A DNA stretch of 64,000 nucleotides from Oceanispirochaeta sp. (GCA_963666275.2 CAXXOA010000002.1:288001-352000), one strand, 5' to 3'. Shown: positions 19,807-30,714, numbered from the stretch's first letter. Notes: generated by a model not told the origin, from the sequence alone. Program-made: numbers and translations.

Positions 19807-21084
19807 CTAAAAACTGAAAGAGACGTATGCTCCGGATCGAAACCTTACGTCCTTATCTTCAAATATATCTCCATTCGGGAGAAAAACACCGTTTGAGAGG
19901 GACATTCCCAGATCTGAGAGAGGACGCCAGTTGAGAATAAGATCAATCTCTTCTCCCAGATAGAGGCTTCCTCCCGCATCTTCCCCAATGGAACCGTCAG
20001 AAACCGGACCGTCCACAGCGCGGAAAAAAGTAATGCTGGCAAGCTCAACCTGAAGCGATTCCAGGGGTTTTGCGGAAACCCGGAAATCACTGTACATGAG
20101 GTTGCCTGTCTTTAAAGTATAGACAAATCCTTTGGAAGAATTTGATACAGGAGAGAATCTGTACAGGTTATCCGTATCGCCCAGGGAGTAACCCATATAA
20201 TCCCCTCTGTCCTTCCAGGAATCTCCCGAGGTATAGGCCATTTCAAGAGAGGCTCTGGGTTTCATCGGCAGTGAGGGATAGTACTCCAGCAGCCCTTTTC
20301 CCATCCCGGCTATAACCATATAGGATTCAGAGGGTTCGGGAATACTGTACTGCCCGAGCTGCGCACCGCCTTCTACAGAGAAGAACAGTTCCGAGCCGAT
20401 GCGGCCTTCTGCACCGGCAAGGGCATACTGGCTGTGAAAAGTCCCCGTCCCGGGGGTATAGTCCTCAATGAACGACTCCTGTCTCAGATCTTCCTGCCCC
20501 ACCAGGGAAAGTGTCAGGACGACACCGGAGGAGAGGCCGGAATACTTCATATTGAGAGCCTGTATCAGACGGGGGGGAGCCAGAATACCATCCTCATCCT
20601 GTTTTTCATAATCATCCGAAGGGGTCATCAGGATATTGGAATTATCAATGAAAACGAGCCCTGTATAACCTGCCGTAAAACTGAAAAGGAACGGAGCTTC
20701 TGAGAGAGTGTAACGGAATCCGTCGGCCACCGAGTCCAGAACTGTTCCGTGGCTGTCCCTCATCTGAAACCGTCCCAAGGTATAGTCTCCCCCCAGGAGC
20801 CTTGTATTCTTCCCACTCAGATACAGGGCAGTAAAGTCGGGAGAATGGAGGGTCTCCTCATTTTCATAACGGTAAAGATATCCCGCATCGGCATAAAGGG
20901 TTGTATTGGAAGAAATGAGGTATTTGCCCCAGAGAGTGATCTTGTCACCCTGTGTGAGAGTTTCCCCTTCCATGGTGGCACACTGGGTGACGTTTTCTAC
21001 TTTCCCCCCCCAGTCAAAAGACTGGCCGAACCCCCCGGCCAGAATTGAACCCAGAAAAAGGAGTGATATGATTCGTGTCTTCAT
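19807..21084 (-). CDS. Putative outer-membrane beta-barrel protein
   Basis: Signal peptide, alternating amphipathic strands, YLGEEIDL (alginate-export-like) segment, C-terminal Phe (GAYVSFSF). Confidence 0.65.
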   Translation of the reverse strand: MKTRIISLLFLGSILAGGFGQSFDWGGKVENVTQCATMEGETLTQGDKITLWGKYLISSNTTLYADAGYLYRYENEETLHSPDFTALYLSGKNTRLLGGDYTLGRFQMRDSHGTVLDSVADGFRYTLSEAPFLFSFTAGYTGLVFIDNSNILMTPSDDYEKQDEDGILAPPRLIQALNMKYSGLSSGVVLTLSLVGQEDLRQESFIEDYTPGTGTFHSQYALAGAEGRIGSELFFSVEGGAQLGQYSIPEPSESYMVIAGMGKGLLEYYPSLPMKPRASLEMAYTSGDSWKDRGDYMGYSLGDTDNLYRFSPVSNSSKGFVYTLKTGNLMYSDFRVSAKPLESLQVELASITFFRAVDGPVSDGSIGEDAGGSLYLGEEIDLILNWRPLSDLGMSLSNGVFLPNGDIFEDKDVRFRSGAYVSFSF

Positions 21085-21530
21085 CAGAGTTCCTCCTCAG
21101 CCAGCAAAGCAAGAGCATTAAGGGCTTCAAATGGCTTCACCGCCCTTCCGGGGATAGAACTGCCGAGGATCCATTTCCGATAGGAGATCTCCCTGGCAGC
21201 ATAGCGCGGCCCCGGGATTAGGGTATACATAATACCTCCGCTCAGATTAAAACCTTTCATGATAAGAAAGGAGAATTCCCCGTAGCTCACAGGCCGTTCA
21301 GGATCCAGACTGGAAAATTTACTGTCCAGCCCCTCCGATTCAATCCAGGACAGGGCATCATCAATTCCCGCTTCCGGGGAAATCTGGCCCGATGCGGCAA
21401 GGACCAGATACGCACTCGTCCCCAGATCCGCCTCTTCTTTAGCCAGAAAACTGTCCATCATTTCATTGGACTGAGCCGCGAGAGGGAACAGGGATATAAG
21501 TAAAATAGTCTTTATTATTAATCTATACAT
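21084..21530 (-). CDS. Secreted hypothetical protein with SLH-like segments
   Basis: Signal peptide; PERPVSYGEFSFLI and PGRAVKPFEALNAL resemble SLH P...TRxE motifs; stop overlaps the next start. Confidence 0.6.
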   Translation of the reverse strand: MYRLIIKTILLISLFPLAAQSNEMMDSFLAKEEADLGTSAYLVLAASGQISPEAGIDDALSWIESEGLDSKFSSLDPERPVSYGEFSFLIMKGFNLSGGIMYTLIPGPRYAAREISYRKWILGSSIPGRAVKPFEALNALALLAEEEL

Positions 21531-21696
21531 GAAATACTGATCTCCTGTAGTATTATACAGATAACAGTGTAATGAGACTAAGAGAAAACCACAATATTTT
21601 TTTGTAAAATGTTAAAAAGATTATAAAATTACAATCATTTTTGTAATAATTAGGCTCGGCTACTATAATATTCAAGAGACAACACGGGGGTACCAG

Positions 21697-24408
21697 ATGT
21701 TTAAAAAGTTAATTTCCCTGACAATATCGCTGCTGATCGGAACAGTTTTTTCCCTTCTCCTGCTTTCTGACGGGTACAGAAACCTTGAAAATAAAATGTA
21801 TGACCTTCTACTGCATATCAAACCCCAGGTGGAGGAGCAGGAGGAACTGCTTCTTGTCAATATCGATGACCTGACCATCAGCAATATCAATATGTATCCC
21901 ATCAGCCGGGATATTTTTGCCGACGGCCTGATTCTTATGAAGGAACTGGGAGCTGACTATGCGGTTCTGGATATTGAGTTCATAGACCGGAGCCCGGCAG
22001 GGATAAACAACAGGATACTGGAGGAGCAGATTCCGGATAAATTCTCCGAAGTCTTTCAGGATCTTTCTGATCAGCAGTATGCCCTGATCAATGCCATAAC
22101 ACAGGGGCAGATCCCCCAGAACGAGGTGGACCAGTACTTTGTCCAGCTCAGCGACTATGCGGATTCCAGAAAAAACGAACTCCTTCAGGAGGTCAACAGC
22201 ATCGCCAGAGACAATGATGCCTATCTGGGACAGGCGATCAGCTGGTTTGGAAACGTGATTGCCACAGTGAATATGATGGACTCCCCTGACGAGACAGTCC
22301 CGGAGGATCTGCGCGCCCTGGCCCGGGAGAAGGTATCTCTCAACAGGCTGACCTCGGGAGAAACGGGAATGTTTGATACTGCTGCTGAGATAAACCCGGC
22401 GATCCGCCCTGTCCTGGAAGGAGCCCTCAATGCAGGATTTCCCAGAGTAAAAATTGATTCAGACGGAGTCAGACGGCGGATTGATCTGATCTACAACCAC
22501 AACGGACAGCTCTATCCCCAGCTTGGATTTTCAGCCCTGCTGCAGAAAATGGATGTTCAGGGACTGGAACTGAGCCCTCAGGCGATTATCATGCAGAATG
22601 CACTTTCATACGAAGGGAACAGGGAAGACATCAGGATCCCCCTGGACAGCAATGGAAAGATGATGATCAACTGGCCTGCCAAAAACTATACAGAGAGCTT
22701 CCGTCATATCAGTTTCTATAAGCTTTACAATCATGACAGGCTCCTTTCCAACCTGATCTACAATCTGAAACTCATGGAATCCCAGGGGCTCCTGGAAGCG
22801 CCTTTCTATCAGGGAGAAACTCCTCTTCTGGCTTATTTCGATTATTCCGAATCCCTGAAAAATGAAAGGCTTCAGGATCCGGAAAGAGATATTATCGAGG
22901 AATATGTCAACATAAGGGAGATGTTCCTGCAGGAGACCGACGCCTTCCTGAACAGTGATGCGGAAAAGGTCATCCTTGAGGAACTGGAATACTACCTGAC
23001 CTTTTCCGATCTTTCCCCGGAGCAGCTGGATTATTTCAACGACCTGATCCGTCTTGTGCCCGAACTCTTCTCCGAAACCCGAACCGCTGTAGGCAGAATT
23101 CTGGATCTCAGGAGGGATTTGTCCGCCCAGCTGAAAGGCTCAACCTCTATCATCGGCTATTCCGGAACCTCTACCACTGATATCGGGGTGAACCCCTTTG
23201 AAGAAGAGTATATGAACATGGGGCTTTATGCGGCAGTAACAAACACCATCCTATCCGGACAGTTTCTGGATGAATCCCCCCTGTACATTCCCATTATACT
23301 GACTATTTTTCTGACGTTTCTGGCGGGAATCATTGTAGGCAGGCTCAACCCGACAGCGGGGATTCTCACCGGTGTCGGTATATTCCTTCTGACTGAAGCG
23401 GCCCTTACGGCCATTTTCCTCAGAACAGGGACATTTATTCCCATCCTCACACCGGGAATAAGCCTGATCCTTTCCTTTATCAGTACCATCAGTATCAATC
23501 TGCTGCAGGCATCCAAAGAGAAAGGGTTTATCCGCAATGCCTTTGCCCAGTACCTTTCCAATGATGTAATCAAAGACCTGCTGGATGACCCCTCCAAACT
23601 GCAGCTGGGAGGGGAAGAGAAGCATATGACAGCCATGTTTACAGACGTCAAAGGTTTCTCATCCATTTCGGAAAAGATGACACCCCAGAACCTTGTCTCC
23701 CTTCTGAATGAGTACCTCACGGAAATGAGCAATCTCATAATGAATGAGAAGGGAACCATAGATAAATACGAAGGGGACGCGATCATAGGTTTTTTCGGGG
23801 CACCCCAGACCTTTGAGGACCACGCCGTCCGGGCCTGCCGCTCTGCCATCAGGATGAAGAAAGCGGAAAAACTGCTGAATGAAAGAGTCATTGAACAGGG
23901 AAAAGCTCCCGGAGAACTGCTGACACGGATCGGTATCAATACGGGAGATATGGTTGTGGGCAATATGGGAACCCTTCAGAAGATGGATTATACCATGATG
24001 GGAAATGCCGTGAACCTGGCAGCCCGTCTGGAAGGTGTCAACAAACAGTACGGCACCTGGATTCTCATCAGTGACTCAACCTACAGGGAAACGGGAGAAC
24101 TGTTTACTGTAAGAAAGCTGGACAGGGTCCGGGTTGTGGGTATTGATCAGCCTGTCCGTCTCTATGAGCTGCTGGATGAAAAAGAACTGACCCAGGACCA
24201 CATCAGATTAGGGATGGAAGCCTTTCATTCTGCTCTGGATCTTTTCGAAAACAGAGAGTGGCAGGAGGCCTTTGAAATGTTCAAAAAAGTACAGGATCAC
24301 ATGACCGGAGATGCCACTTCGGAGATCTATATGAAGCGCTGTATTAAATTCATCAAGGAGCCTCCTCACAAGGACTGGGACGGAGTATTCAACCTTACCC
24401 AAAAATAG
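21697..24408 (+). CDS. CHASE2-domain class III adenylate cyclase
   Basis: N-terminal TM, LLLVNIDD...YP.SR, DSDGVRR, three TMs, MFTDVKGFS, DKYEGDAI (K indicates ATP specificity), DYTMMGNAVNLAARLE, C-terminal TPR-like region. Confidence 0.92.
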   Translation: MFKKLISLTISLLIGTVFSLLLLSDGYRNLENKMYDLLLHIKPQVEEQEELLLVNIDDLTISNINMYPISRDIFADGLILMKELGADYAVLDIEFIDRSPAGINNRILEEQIPDKFSEVFQDLSDQQYALINAITQGQIPQNEVDQYFVQLSDYADSRKNELLQEVNSIARDNDAYLGQAISWFGNVIATVNMMDSPDETVPEDLRALAREKVSLNRLTSGETGMFDTAAEINPAIRPVLEGALNAGFPRVKIDSDGVRRRIDLIYNHNGQLYPQLGFSALLQKMDVQGLELSPQAIIMQNALSYEGNREDIRIPLDSNGKMMINWPAKNYTESFRHISFYKLYNHDRLLSNLIYNLKLMESQGLLEAPFYQGETPLLAYFDYSESLKNERLQDPERDIIEEYVNIREMFLQETDAFLNSDAEKVILEELEYYLTFSDLSPEQLDYFNDLIRLVPELFSETRTAVGRILDLRRDLSAQLKGSTSIIGYSGTSTTDIGVNPFEEEYMNMGLYAAVTNTILSGQFLDESPLYIPIILTIFLTFLAGIIVGRLNPTAGILTGVGIFLLTEAALTAIFLRTGTFIPILTPGISLILSFISTISINLLQASKEKGFIRNAFAQYLSNDVIKDLLDDPSKLQLGGEEKHMTAMFTDVKGFSSISEKMTPQNLVSLLNEYLTEMSNLIMNEKGTIDKYEGDAIIGFFGAPQTFEDHAVRACRSAIRMKKAEKLLNERVIEQGKAPGELLTRIGINTGDMVVGNMGTLQKMDYTMMGNAVNLAARLEGVNKQYGTWILISDSTYRETGELFTVRKLDRVRVVGIDQPVRLYELLDEKELTQDHIRLGMEAFHSALDLFENREWQEAFEMFKKVQDHMTGDATSEIYMKRCIKFIKEPPHKDWDGVFNLTQK

Positions 24409-24461
24409 GTTTTTTTTCCTTATCAGACGCTTTTGATCCATGGATTCTCACTACTGAGGGC

Positions 24462-24491
24462 TTGTCACCCGGATGGAAATTCCACTATAGT
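24462..24491 (+). promoter_or_regulatory. Probable sigma70 promoter of oadGAB
   Basis: TTGTCA-N18-TATAGT, about 110 nt upstream of oadG. Confidence 0.45.
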
Positions 24492-24603
24492 TTACCTTGA
24501 ATCGGTAAATCCCGATCGATTCGAAAGTTATCTGACTCGTCTTCCATCCTGCCAGTTTAGGAGACAGGTCAATACAAATTAAAATTCACTCTGAGGAGCA
24601 TCT

Positions 24604-24831
24604 ATGATTAGTGGTCTTATAGTTACCATTGTCGGAATGTCCGTGGTGTTTCTGTTTCTGACTCTTTTGGTTGTCACAACAACAGCGATGTCCAAAATTG
24701 TTACGAAGTTTTTCCCTGAGCCGGAAAAGCCAGCCGCTCCCGCTGTCAGAAAATCCGCCACACCTGCTAATGCCAGCGCCGATGCAGAAATTGCCGCTGT
24801 AATCGCAGCAGTAAAAGCTCAAACCAAATAA
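24604..24831 (+). CDS. oadG: Oxaloacetate decarboxylase gamma subunit
   Basis: GMSVVFLFL TM, Ala/Pro linker, EIAAVIAAV; upstream of oadA. Confidence 0.9.
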   Translation: MISGLIVTIVGMSVVFLFLTLLVVTTTAMSKIVTKFFPEPEKPAAPAVRKSATPANASADAEIAAVIAAVKAQTK

Positions 24832-24849
24832 AAAAAGAGGTTACATTCC

Positions 24850-26946
24850 ATGAAGAAACGCGTTAATTTTATGTGTACCGCTTTCCGTGACGGTTTTCAG
24901 TCCGTATACGGAGCCCGTGTATTAACAAAAGATTTCATGCCTGCTGTAGAAGCAGCATCGAAAGCAGGAATCAAACATTTTGAAGCCGGAGGCGGCGCCC
25001 GCTTTCAGGCTCCCATTTTCTACGGAAATGAATCTGCATTTGACATGATGGATGAATTCCGGAAAGCCGCCGGTCCCGATGCGGATCTGCAGACCCTGGC
25101 AAGAGGTGTGAATGTTGTAGGTCTCAGCTCTCAGTCCAGAGACATCATCAACCTGCATGCCAAAATGTTCAAAAAACACGGTATCACAACAATCCGTAAC
25201 TTTGATGCCCTCAACGACGTAAACAACCTGATCTACTCCGGTCAGTGTATTCATGACGCCGGTCTGAGACACGAAGTGGTAGTTACCATGATGGCTCTGC
25301 CTCCCGGAGCAACCGGTGCCCATGACAAAGATTTCTACATCTCTGTTCTGAAAAACATCCTGGATGCAGGCATCCCCTACGATTCAGTCTGTTTTAAAGA
25401 TGCATCAGGAACCACTACTCCTTCCGTTGTCGGAGAGACAATCAAAGCAGCCAGAGAGCTCCTTGGAAAAGACATGAACATTGTTTTCCACTCTCATGAA
25501 ACTGCGGGTGTTTCCATTCAGCAGTATGTAACTGCTCTGGAAGCCGGAGCCACCCAGGTGGATCTGTCTCTGTCTCCTGTATCAGGCGGAACCTGTCAGC
25601 CTGACCTTATGACTATGTGGCACGCGCTCAGAGGAACCGATTTCGATCTGGGAATCGATCCCGATGCCATTATGGAAGTGGAAGATATCTTCAAAGAGTG
25701 CATGGAAGATTACTTCCTGCCCCCCGAAGCAACAATGGTTAACCCCATCATCCCCTTCTCCCCCCTTCCCGGTGGAGCTCTGACAGCCAATACCCAGATG
25801 CTGAGAGACAACGGTCTGATGGACAAATTCCACGACATCACCAAAGCAATGGGTGAAGTTGTAATGAAGGGTGGTTACGGAACTTCTGTAACTCCCGTAT
25901 CCCAGTTCTACTTCCAGCAGGCATTCAATAACGTTATGTTCGGCCCCTGGAAAAAGATTGCCGAAGGTTACGGAAAAATGGTTCTCGGCTACTTTGGTAA
26001 AACTCCTGTTGAACCGGATGCCGAAATCAAAGCGATCTGTCAGGAACAGATGGGACTGGAACCCACTACTGAACTGGTAGTTGATATCAACGATAAAAAC
26101 CCCAAACTGGGAATTGAAGCCGCGAAGAAGATGCTCACTGACAACGGAATCACCGATCACAGTGACGAAAACATCTTTATCGCCGCCGCCTGTCAGGACA
26201 AGGGAATCATGTTCCTCAAAGGCGAAGCCAAGACAAACATCCGCAAGGAAGCCAAAAAAGCTGATGCCTCTGCAGAAGCGGCCGGTTACACTGTTACCGT
26301 CAACGGCAAACCCTACGGTGTTAAAATTGCAGGATCAACTGCTGTTGTTAACGGCGTAAGCTACAATATTGATGTTAAAGACGGTATTGATGCGGCTGTT
26401 GCTGCCGCTCCTGCCGCTACCGCACCCGCAGCTCCTGCCGGTCCCGCACAGTCTGTAAACGCTCCCATGCCCGGTCTGGTTCTGAGAATCCCCGTTTCCG
26501 TGGGAGACACTGTAACAGAAGGTCAGGAAGTGATTGTTCTGGAAGCCATGAAGATGGAAACTCCCGTTTCTTCTCCCGTTTCAGGAACTATTACAAAAAT
26601 CTCTGTTGCACAGGGAGACCAGGTGACTGCCGGTCAGATTCTGATTGAAATCGGAGGAGGCGCTGCCGCTCCTGTAGCTGCTGCTCCCGCTGCTGCTGCT
26701 CCTGCCGCACCTGCTGCCGCCCCCACCGGAGCTGCACAGTCTGTAACCGCACCCATGCCCGGCCTGGTTCTGAGAATCCCCGTTTCTGTAGGGACTGCTG
26801 TATCCGAAGGCGACGAGATTATTGTTCTGGAAGCTATGAAGATGGAGACTCCGGTTTCCTCACCCTATACAGGAACAATAACAAATATTGCTGTTGCCCA
26901 GGGTGACCAGGTAACTGCCGGACAGGTCCTGATTGAGATTGGTTAA
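24850..26946 (+). CDS. oadA: Oxaloacetate decarboxylase alpha subunit with two biotinyl domains
   Basis: TAFRDGFQS, CFKDASG, HSH, PGGA, VTPVSQ; two EAMKM motifs. Confidence 0.9.
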   Translation: MKKRVNFMCTAFRDGFQSVYGARVLTKDFMPAVEAASKAGIKHFEAGGGARFQAPIFYGNESAFDMMDEFRKAAGPDADLQTLARGVNVVGLSSQSRDIINLHAKMFKKHGITTIRNFDALNDVNNLIYSGQCIHDAGLRHEVVVTMMALPPGATGAHDKDFYISVLKNILDAGIPYDSVCFKDASGTTTPSVVGETIKAARELLGKDMNIVFHSHETAGVSIQQYVTALEAGATQVDLSLSPVSGGTCQPDLMTMWHALRGTDFDLGIDPDAIMEVEDIFKECMEDYFLPPEATMVNPIIPFSPLPGGALTANTQMLRDNGLMDKFHDITKAMGEVVMKGGYGTSVTPVSQFYFQQAFNNVMFGPWKKIAEGYGKMVLGYFGKTPVEPDAEIKAICQEQMGLEPTTELVVDINDKNPKLGIEAAKKMLTDNGITDHSDENIFIAAACQDKGIMFLKGEAKTNIRKEAKKADASAEAAGYTVTVNGKPYGVKIAGSTAVVNGVSYNIDVKDGIDAAVAAAPAATAPAAPAGPAQSVNAPMPGLVLRIPVSVGDTVTEGQEVIVLEAMKMETPVSSPVSGTITKISVAQGDQVTAGQILIEIGGGAAAPVAAAPAAAAPAAPAAAPTGAAQSVTAPMPGLVLRIPVSVGTAVSEGDEIIVLEAMKMETPVSSPYTGTITNIAVAQGDQVTAGQVLIEIG
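26446..26943 (+). repeat. Internal duplication of the biotin-carrier domain (26446-26655 and 26734-26943)
   Basis: Two 210-bp copies, clearly similar at DNA level, 288 bp offset, Ala/Pro spacer. Confidence 0.9.
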
Positions 26947-26959
26947 GGAGTAAGTATAT

Positions 26960-28189
26960 ATGACTTTTGGACAAACTATAGCAGCTTCCTTCCGTGAGCT
27001 CTGGCTGTCAACCGGTTTATTCGGTTTCCTGCAGACCGGCGGCTGGGGAAATGCTGTAATGATAATCATAGGGCTGATTCTGCTCTATCTGGCAATCAAA
27101 AAAGGTTTTGAACCGCTCCTTCTGATTCCCATCGGAATGGGTGCGATTCTGAGTAATATCCCTTTTGCGGAAATTGCCTCCCATACATCTCTGCACGGAG
27201 AATTTGTGGAAGGTGCCCTGCATCTTACAGAAGTTTCCGGCGGTTTTATCGGTATGTTCTACGATCTGGGTGTAACCAGCGGTCTCTTCCCCCTGATAAT
27301 TTTCATGGGTGTAGGAGCGATGACCGACTTCGGTCCTCTTCTGGCAAACCCCAAGACACTCCTCCTGGGAGCGTCTGCTCAGTTCGGTATTTTTATTGCC
27401 CTTCTGGGTGCTGTAGCCCTCGGTAAATACGTCCCCGGCATCACCTTCGACCTTTACGATGCTGCTGCAATCGGTATCATCGGCGGTGCAGACGGCCCCA
27501 CAGCTATTTATGTAGCTTCCCGTCTGTCTAAGGACCTGCTGGGAGCCATTGCTGTTGCGGCTTATTCGTACATGGCACTGGTGCCGATCATTCAGCCTCC
27601 CATCATGAAAGCTCTGACCACTGAGGAAGAGCGCAAAATCAAGATGGAACAGCTGAGACCTGTAACCAAAACCGAAAAAATCATCTTCCCGATTACTGTT
27701 CTGGCAGCCTGTATCATCCTGCTTCCCAGTGCAACACCTCTTCTGGGAGCCCTGATGTTCGGTAACCTTGTAAAAGAGTGCGGTGTAACCGACAGACTTT
27801 CTGATACCATGCAGAATGCCCTGATCAACATCGTAACGATTATGCTGGGTCTGGCAGTTGGATCTAAAATGCAGGCTGACAAATTCCTGAATGTGAATAC
27901 CCTCGGTATCCTCGCTCTGGGTCTTGTCGCTTTCTGTATCGGAACAGCTACCGGTGTAGGTCTTGCCAAACTGATGAACAAGCTGACCAAACACCCGATC
28001 AACCCCCTTATCGGATCTGCCGGCGTTTCGGCTGTTCCCATGGCTGCCCGTGTAGCCAACAAAGTGGGTCTTGAAGCCAACCCCAACAACTACCTGCTCA
28101 TGCATGCCATGGGCCCCAACGTTGCGGGAGTTATCGGATCTGCCGTAGCGGCCGGTGTACTTCTGGCTCTTGTTCCGGTTCTCGGATAA
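26960..28189 (+). CDS. oadB: Na+-translocating decarboxylase beta subunit
   Basis: [51 protein letters not shown]. Confidence 0.96.
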   Translation: MTFGQTIAASFRELWLSTGLFGFLQTGGWGNAVMIIIGLILLYLAIKKGFEPLLLIPIGMGAILSNIPFAEIASHTSLHGEFVEGALHLTEVSGGFIGMFYDLGVTSGLFPLIIFMGVGAMTDFGPLLANPKTLLLGASAQFGIFIALLGAVALGKYVPGITFDLYDAAAIGIIGGADGPTAIYVASRLSKDLLGAIAVAAYSYMALVPIIQPPIMKALTTEEERKIKMEQLRPVTKTEKIIFPITVLAACIILLPSATPLLGALMFGNLVKECGVTDRLSDTMQNALINIVTIMLGLAVGSKMQADKFLNVNTLGILALGLVAFCIGTATGVGLAKLMNKLTKHPINPLIGSAGVSAVPMAARVANKVGLEANPNNYLLMHAMGPNVAGVIGSAVAAGVLLALVPVLG

Positions 28190-28230
28190 CAGTTACAGAT
28201 TCAAAGATTTCGATCTTTTATCTTTAATAC

Positions 28231-28259
28231 GAAGCCGTCCTTTCAGGGCGGCTTTTTTC
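28231..28259 (+). terminator. Intrinsic terminator
   Basis: AAGCCGTCC/GGGCGGCTT stem plus T-run. Confidence 0.75.
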
Positions 28260-28346
28260 TTCTCCATATCTTCACAGAAGATTCAGAGAGCCTTCTCCTG
28301 CTACTCGCATTTACAGAGGATAATGGCACAATAAGTTGAAGGTAAT

Positions 28347-28634
28347 ATGTTTCTATTTCATAAGAATCTGTTCTGGAAGTTGAATCAGTTTTTCGTCCTG
28401 CTGCTGTGGGTATATCTGCTTTACAACTCGTTAAACAGACTGGACTTTACAGAAAATACACTATTTCATATTTTTCTCATTTCCCACATTGGTCAGGGAA
28501 GTCTCCTGTCTTTCTCAGACCTTGGAGGTGTTTATTTTTCGAAGGGACAAAGAGCCATACTGATTCTGCTCTTCGGATATTCCTGGTGGCTGCCTCTCTA
28601 TCTGAAAAGAAAATTCAGCAGGAGTTCACTCTAA
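28347..28634 (+). CDS. Small membrane protein, DUF1145/YhhL-like
   Basis: 95 aa, hydrophobic; W..L..N, HxxQ and LLFG pattern; GAAGGT RBS. Confidence 0.5.
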   Translation: MFLFHKNLFWKLNQFFVLLLWVYLLYNSLNRLDFTENTLFHIFLISHIGQGSLLSFSDLGGVYFSKGQRAILILLFGYSWWLPLYLKRKFSRSSL

Positions 28635-28659
28635 CTCTACCCCTTATTTTTCACAGCAC

Positions 28660-28690
28660 AAAAAAAGGGCTGCCTTCAAAAAGGCAGCCC
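28660..28690 (-). terminator. Intrinsic terminator of pckG
   Basis: GGGCTGCCTT/AAGGCAGCCC stem with T-run on the minus strand. Confidence 0.75.
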
Positions 28691-28719
28691 CCATTATTTA
28701 CAGTTCAGGAACTGAACTA

Positions 28720-30534
28720 TCAGCCCAGACGAGCTTCAAGTTTGTCCATCTGCTCAACCATTTTCTTGGGCAGTCTGTCACCGAACTTGGCGAGATACTC
28801 TCTGGCATCAGCAAGGGTCTTCTTGAAAGCGACTGTATCAACTTTCATCAGTCTTTCCCAGTCTTCTTTTGCCAGGTCCAGACCTTCGATCAGGCTGTCA
28901 TCAGCAGGCATACGTCCGATGGGAGTATCGACGGCATCAACTTTGCCTTCAACACGGTCACACATCCATTTCAGAACACGGCTGTTTTCACCGAATCCGG
29001 GCCAGATGAACCTTTTTCCATCTTTCTGGAACCAGTTAACGTAGAAAATCTTGGGAGCTTTGTCACCCAGTTTTTCTCCCATGTCAAACCAGTTCTGCAT
29101 GTAATCGCCACCGTTGTATCCCATGAAAGGAGTCATGGCAAAGGGGTCGAATCTCAGAGACACATTTCCGAGGTCCAGAGCGGCTGCTGTGGGTTCGGAA
29201 GATGCAGTTGCACCCATGTATACACCCTGTTCCCAGTCATAGGCTTCGTGTACCAGAGGCATTACAGAAGTTCTCTTTCCACCGAATACAAAGATATCGA
29301 TGGGAACTCCGGCAGGATCTTCCCAGTCGGGACAGATTACAGGACAAAGTTCCGCTTTGGCTGTGAAACGGCTGTTGGGATGAGCACCCTTCACTTCGTT
29401 TCCGTCAGCATCTTTCTGACCCTGTTTCCAGGGGTTGTTTTTCCAGTCGGTTCCGCCGCCGCCGGGACAGTCGTAACCCATATCTTCCCACCATACGTCT
29501 TTGTCTTCAGTTACAACAACGTTTGTGAAGATAGCATCTTTTCTACAGCTGGCAAGAGCCATGGGGTTGGATGCTTCAGAAGTACCGGGAGCAACACCGA
29601 AGAATCCTGCTTCGGGGTTGATAGCGTAGAGTCTTCCGTCTTTTCCGGGTTTCATCCATGCGATGTCATCACCGATGGTTTCAACTTTCCAACCGGGAAC
29701 GGTTGACTGGAGCATAGCCAGGTTGGTTTTTCCACAGGCAGAGGGGAAAGCCGCTGCGATGTGGTATTTTTTTCCTGATTCTTCGTTGGTGAAGCGCAGG
29801 ATCAGCATGTGCTCAGCCATCCAGCCTTCTCTTCTTCCCTTGGCGGAAGCGATTCTCAGAGCCAGACATTTTTTACCGAGCAGAGCGTTTCCACCGTATC
29901 CGGATCCGTAGGACCAGATCAGGTTCTCTTCGGGGAAGTGAGCAATGTATTTCTTTTCAATGGGAGCACAGGGCCATCTGCTGTCTTTCTGACCAGGTTC
30001 CAGAGGAGAACCTACAGAGTGCAGACAGGGGATGAATTCACCGTCATCACCAAGAACTTCCAGTACTTTGTTGGAAACTCTTGCCATGGTGTGCATATTG
30101 ACAACTACGTAGGGAGAGTCAGTGATTTCCACACCGATCTGTGCGATATCAGAACCGATAGGTCCCATGGAGAAAGGAATCACGTACATGGTACGTCCTT
30201 TCATACAGCCTTTGTACAGCTCTTTCATGGTTTCTTTCAGTTCAGTAGGATCGATCCAGTTGTTGGTGGGGCCGGCATCTTCCTTTTTAGTGGTAGAAAT
30301 GTAGGTACGGGCTTCTACACGGGCAACGTCTGAAGGATCAGAGTTGAAAGCGTAGCTGTTGGGTCTTTTTGCTTCATTCAGTTTGATGGCCATGCCTGAT
30401 TCGACCATTTCGGCCATAAGGCGGTCGTATTCTTCTTTACTACCATCACACCAAACTACCTGTTCAGGGGTGGTCATTGCAGCGATTTCATCAACCCATG
30501 CAATGAGTTTCTGGTTCTTTGTAGGAACTGACAT
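28720..30534 (-). CDS. pckG: Phosphoenolpyruvate carboxykinase (GTP)
   Basis: [56 protein letters not shown]. Confidence 0.96.
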   Translation of the reverse strand: MSVPTKNQKLIAWVDEIAAMTTPEQVVWCDGSKEEYDRLMAEMVESGMAIKLNEAKRPNSYAFNSDPSDVARVEARTYISTTKKEDAGPTNNWIDPTELKETMKELYKGCMKGRTMYVIPFSMGPIGSDIAQIGVEITDSPYVVVNMHTMARVSNKVLEVLGDDGEFIPCLHSVGSPLEPGQKDSRWPCAPIEKKYIAHFPEENLIWSYGSGYGGNALLGKKCLALRIASAKGRREGWMAEHMLILRFTNEESGKKYHIAAAFPSACGKTNLAMLQSTVPGWKVETIGDDIAWMKPGKDGRLYAINPEAGFFGVAPGTSEASNPMALASCRKDAIFTNVVVTEDKDVWWEDMGYDCPGGGGTDWKNNPWKQGQKDADGNEVKGAHPNSRFTAKAELCPVICPDWEDPAGVPIDIFVFGGKRTSVMPLVHEAYDWEQGVYMGATASSEPTAAALDLGNVSLRFDPFAMTPFMGYNGGDYMQNWFDMGEKLGDKAPKIFYVNWFQKDGKRFIWPGFGENSRVLKWMCDRVEGKVDAVDTPIGRMPADDSLIEGLDLAKEDWERLMKVDTVAFKKTLADAREYLAKFGDRLPKKMVEQMDKLEARLG

Positions 30535-30714
30535 TTAAAAACTCCTGTTTTTGACTCTTTGAACTGTCTGTTCTCGGAGTCGATTTTAATTGGATACCTC
30601 TATCTTCAGTCATCCGTCATATCCGGATTATTCAAGCTTATGGTATTGAAGGGGCTGAATTCCCTGCCGAAAACCAGCTTATAGCTCTTTCTCAGCATTC
30701 TACCAGCACGAACC

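Noticed and set aside
26390..26733. GCT/GCC/CCT low-complexity repeats in oadA
   Set aside because: They encode ordinary Ala/Pro linkers of swinging-arm enzymes
28406..29044. 212-aa + strand ORF overlapping the pckG 3' end
   Set aside because: Runs through the pckG terminator and antisense into pckG; the 95-aa membrane ORF explains the region better
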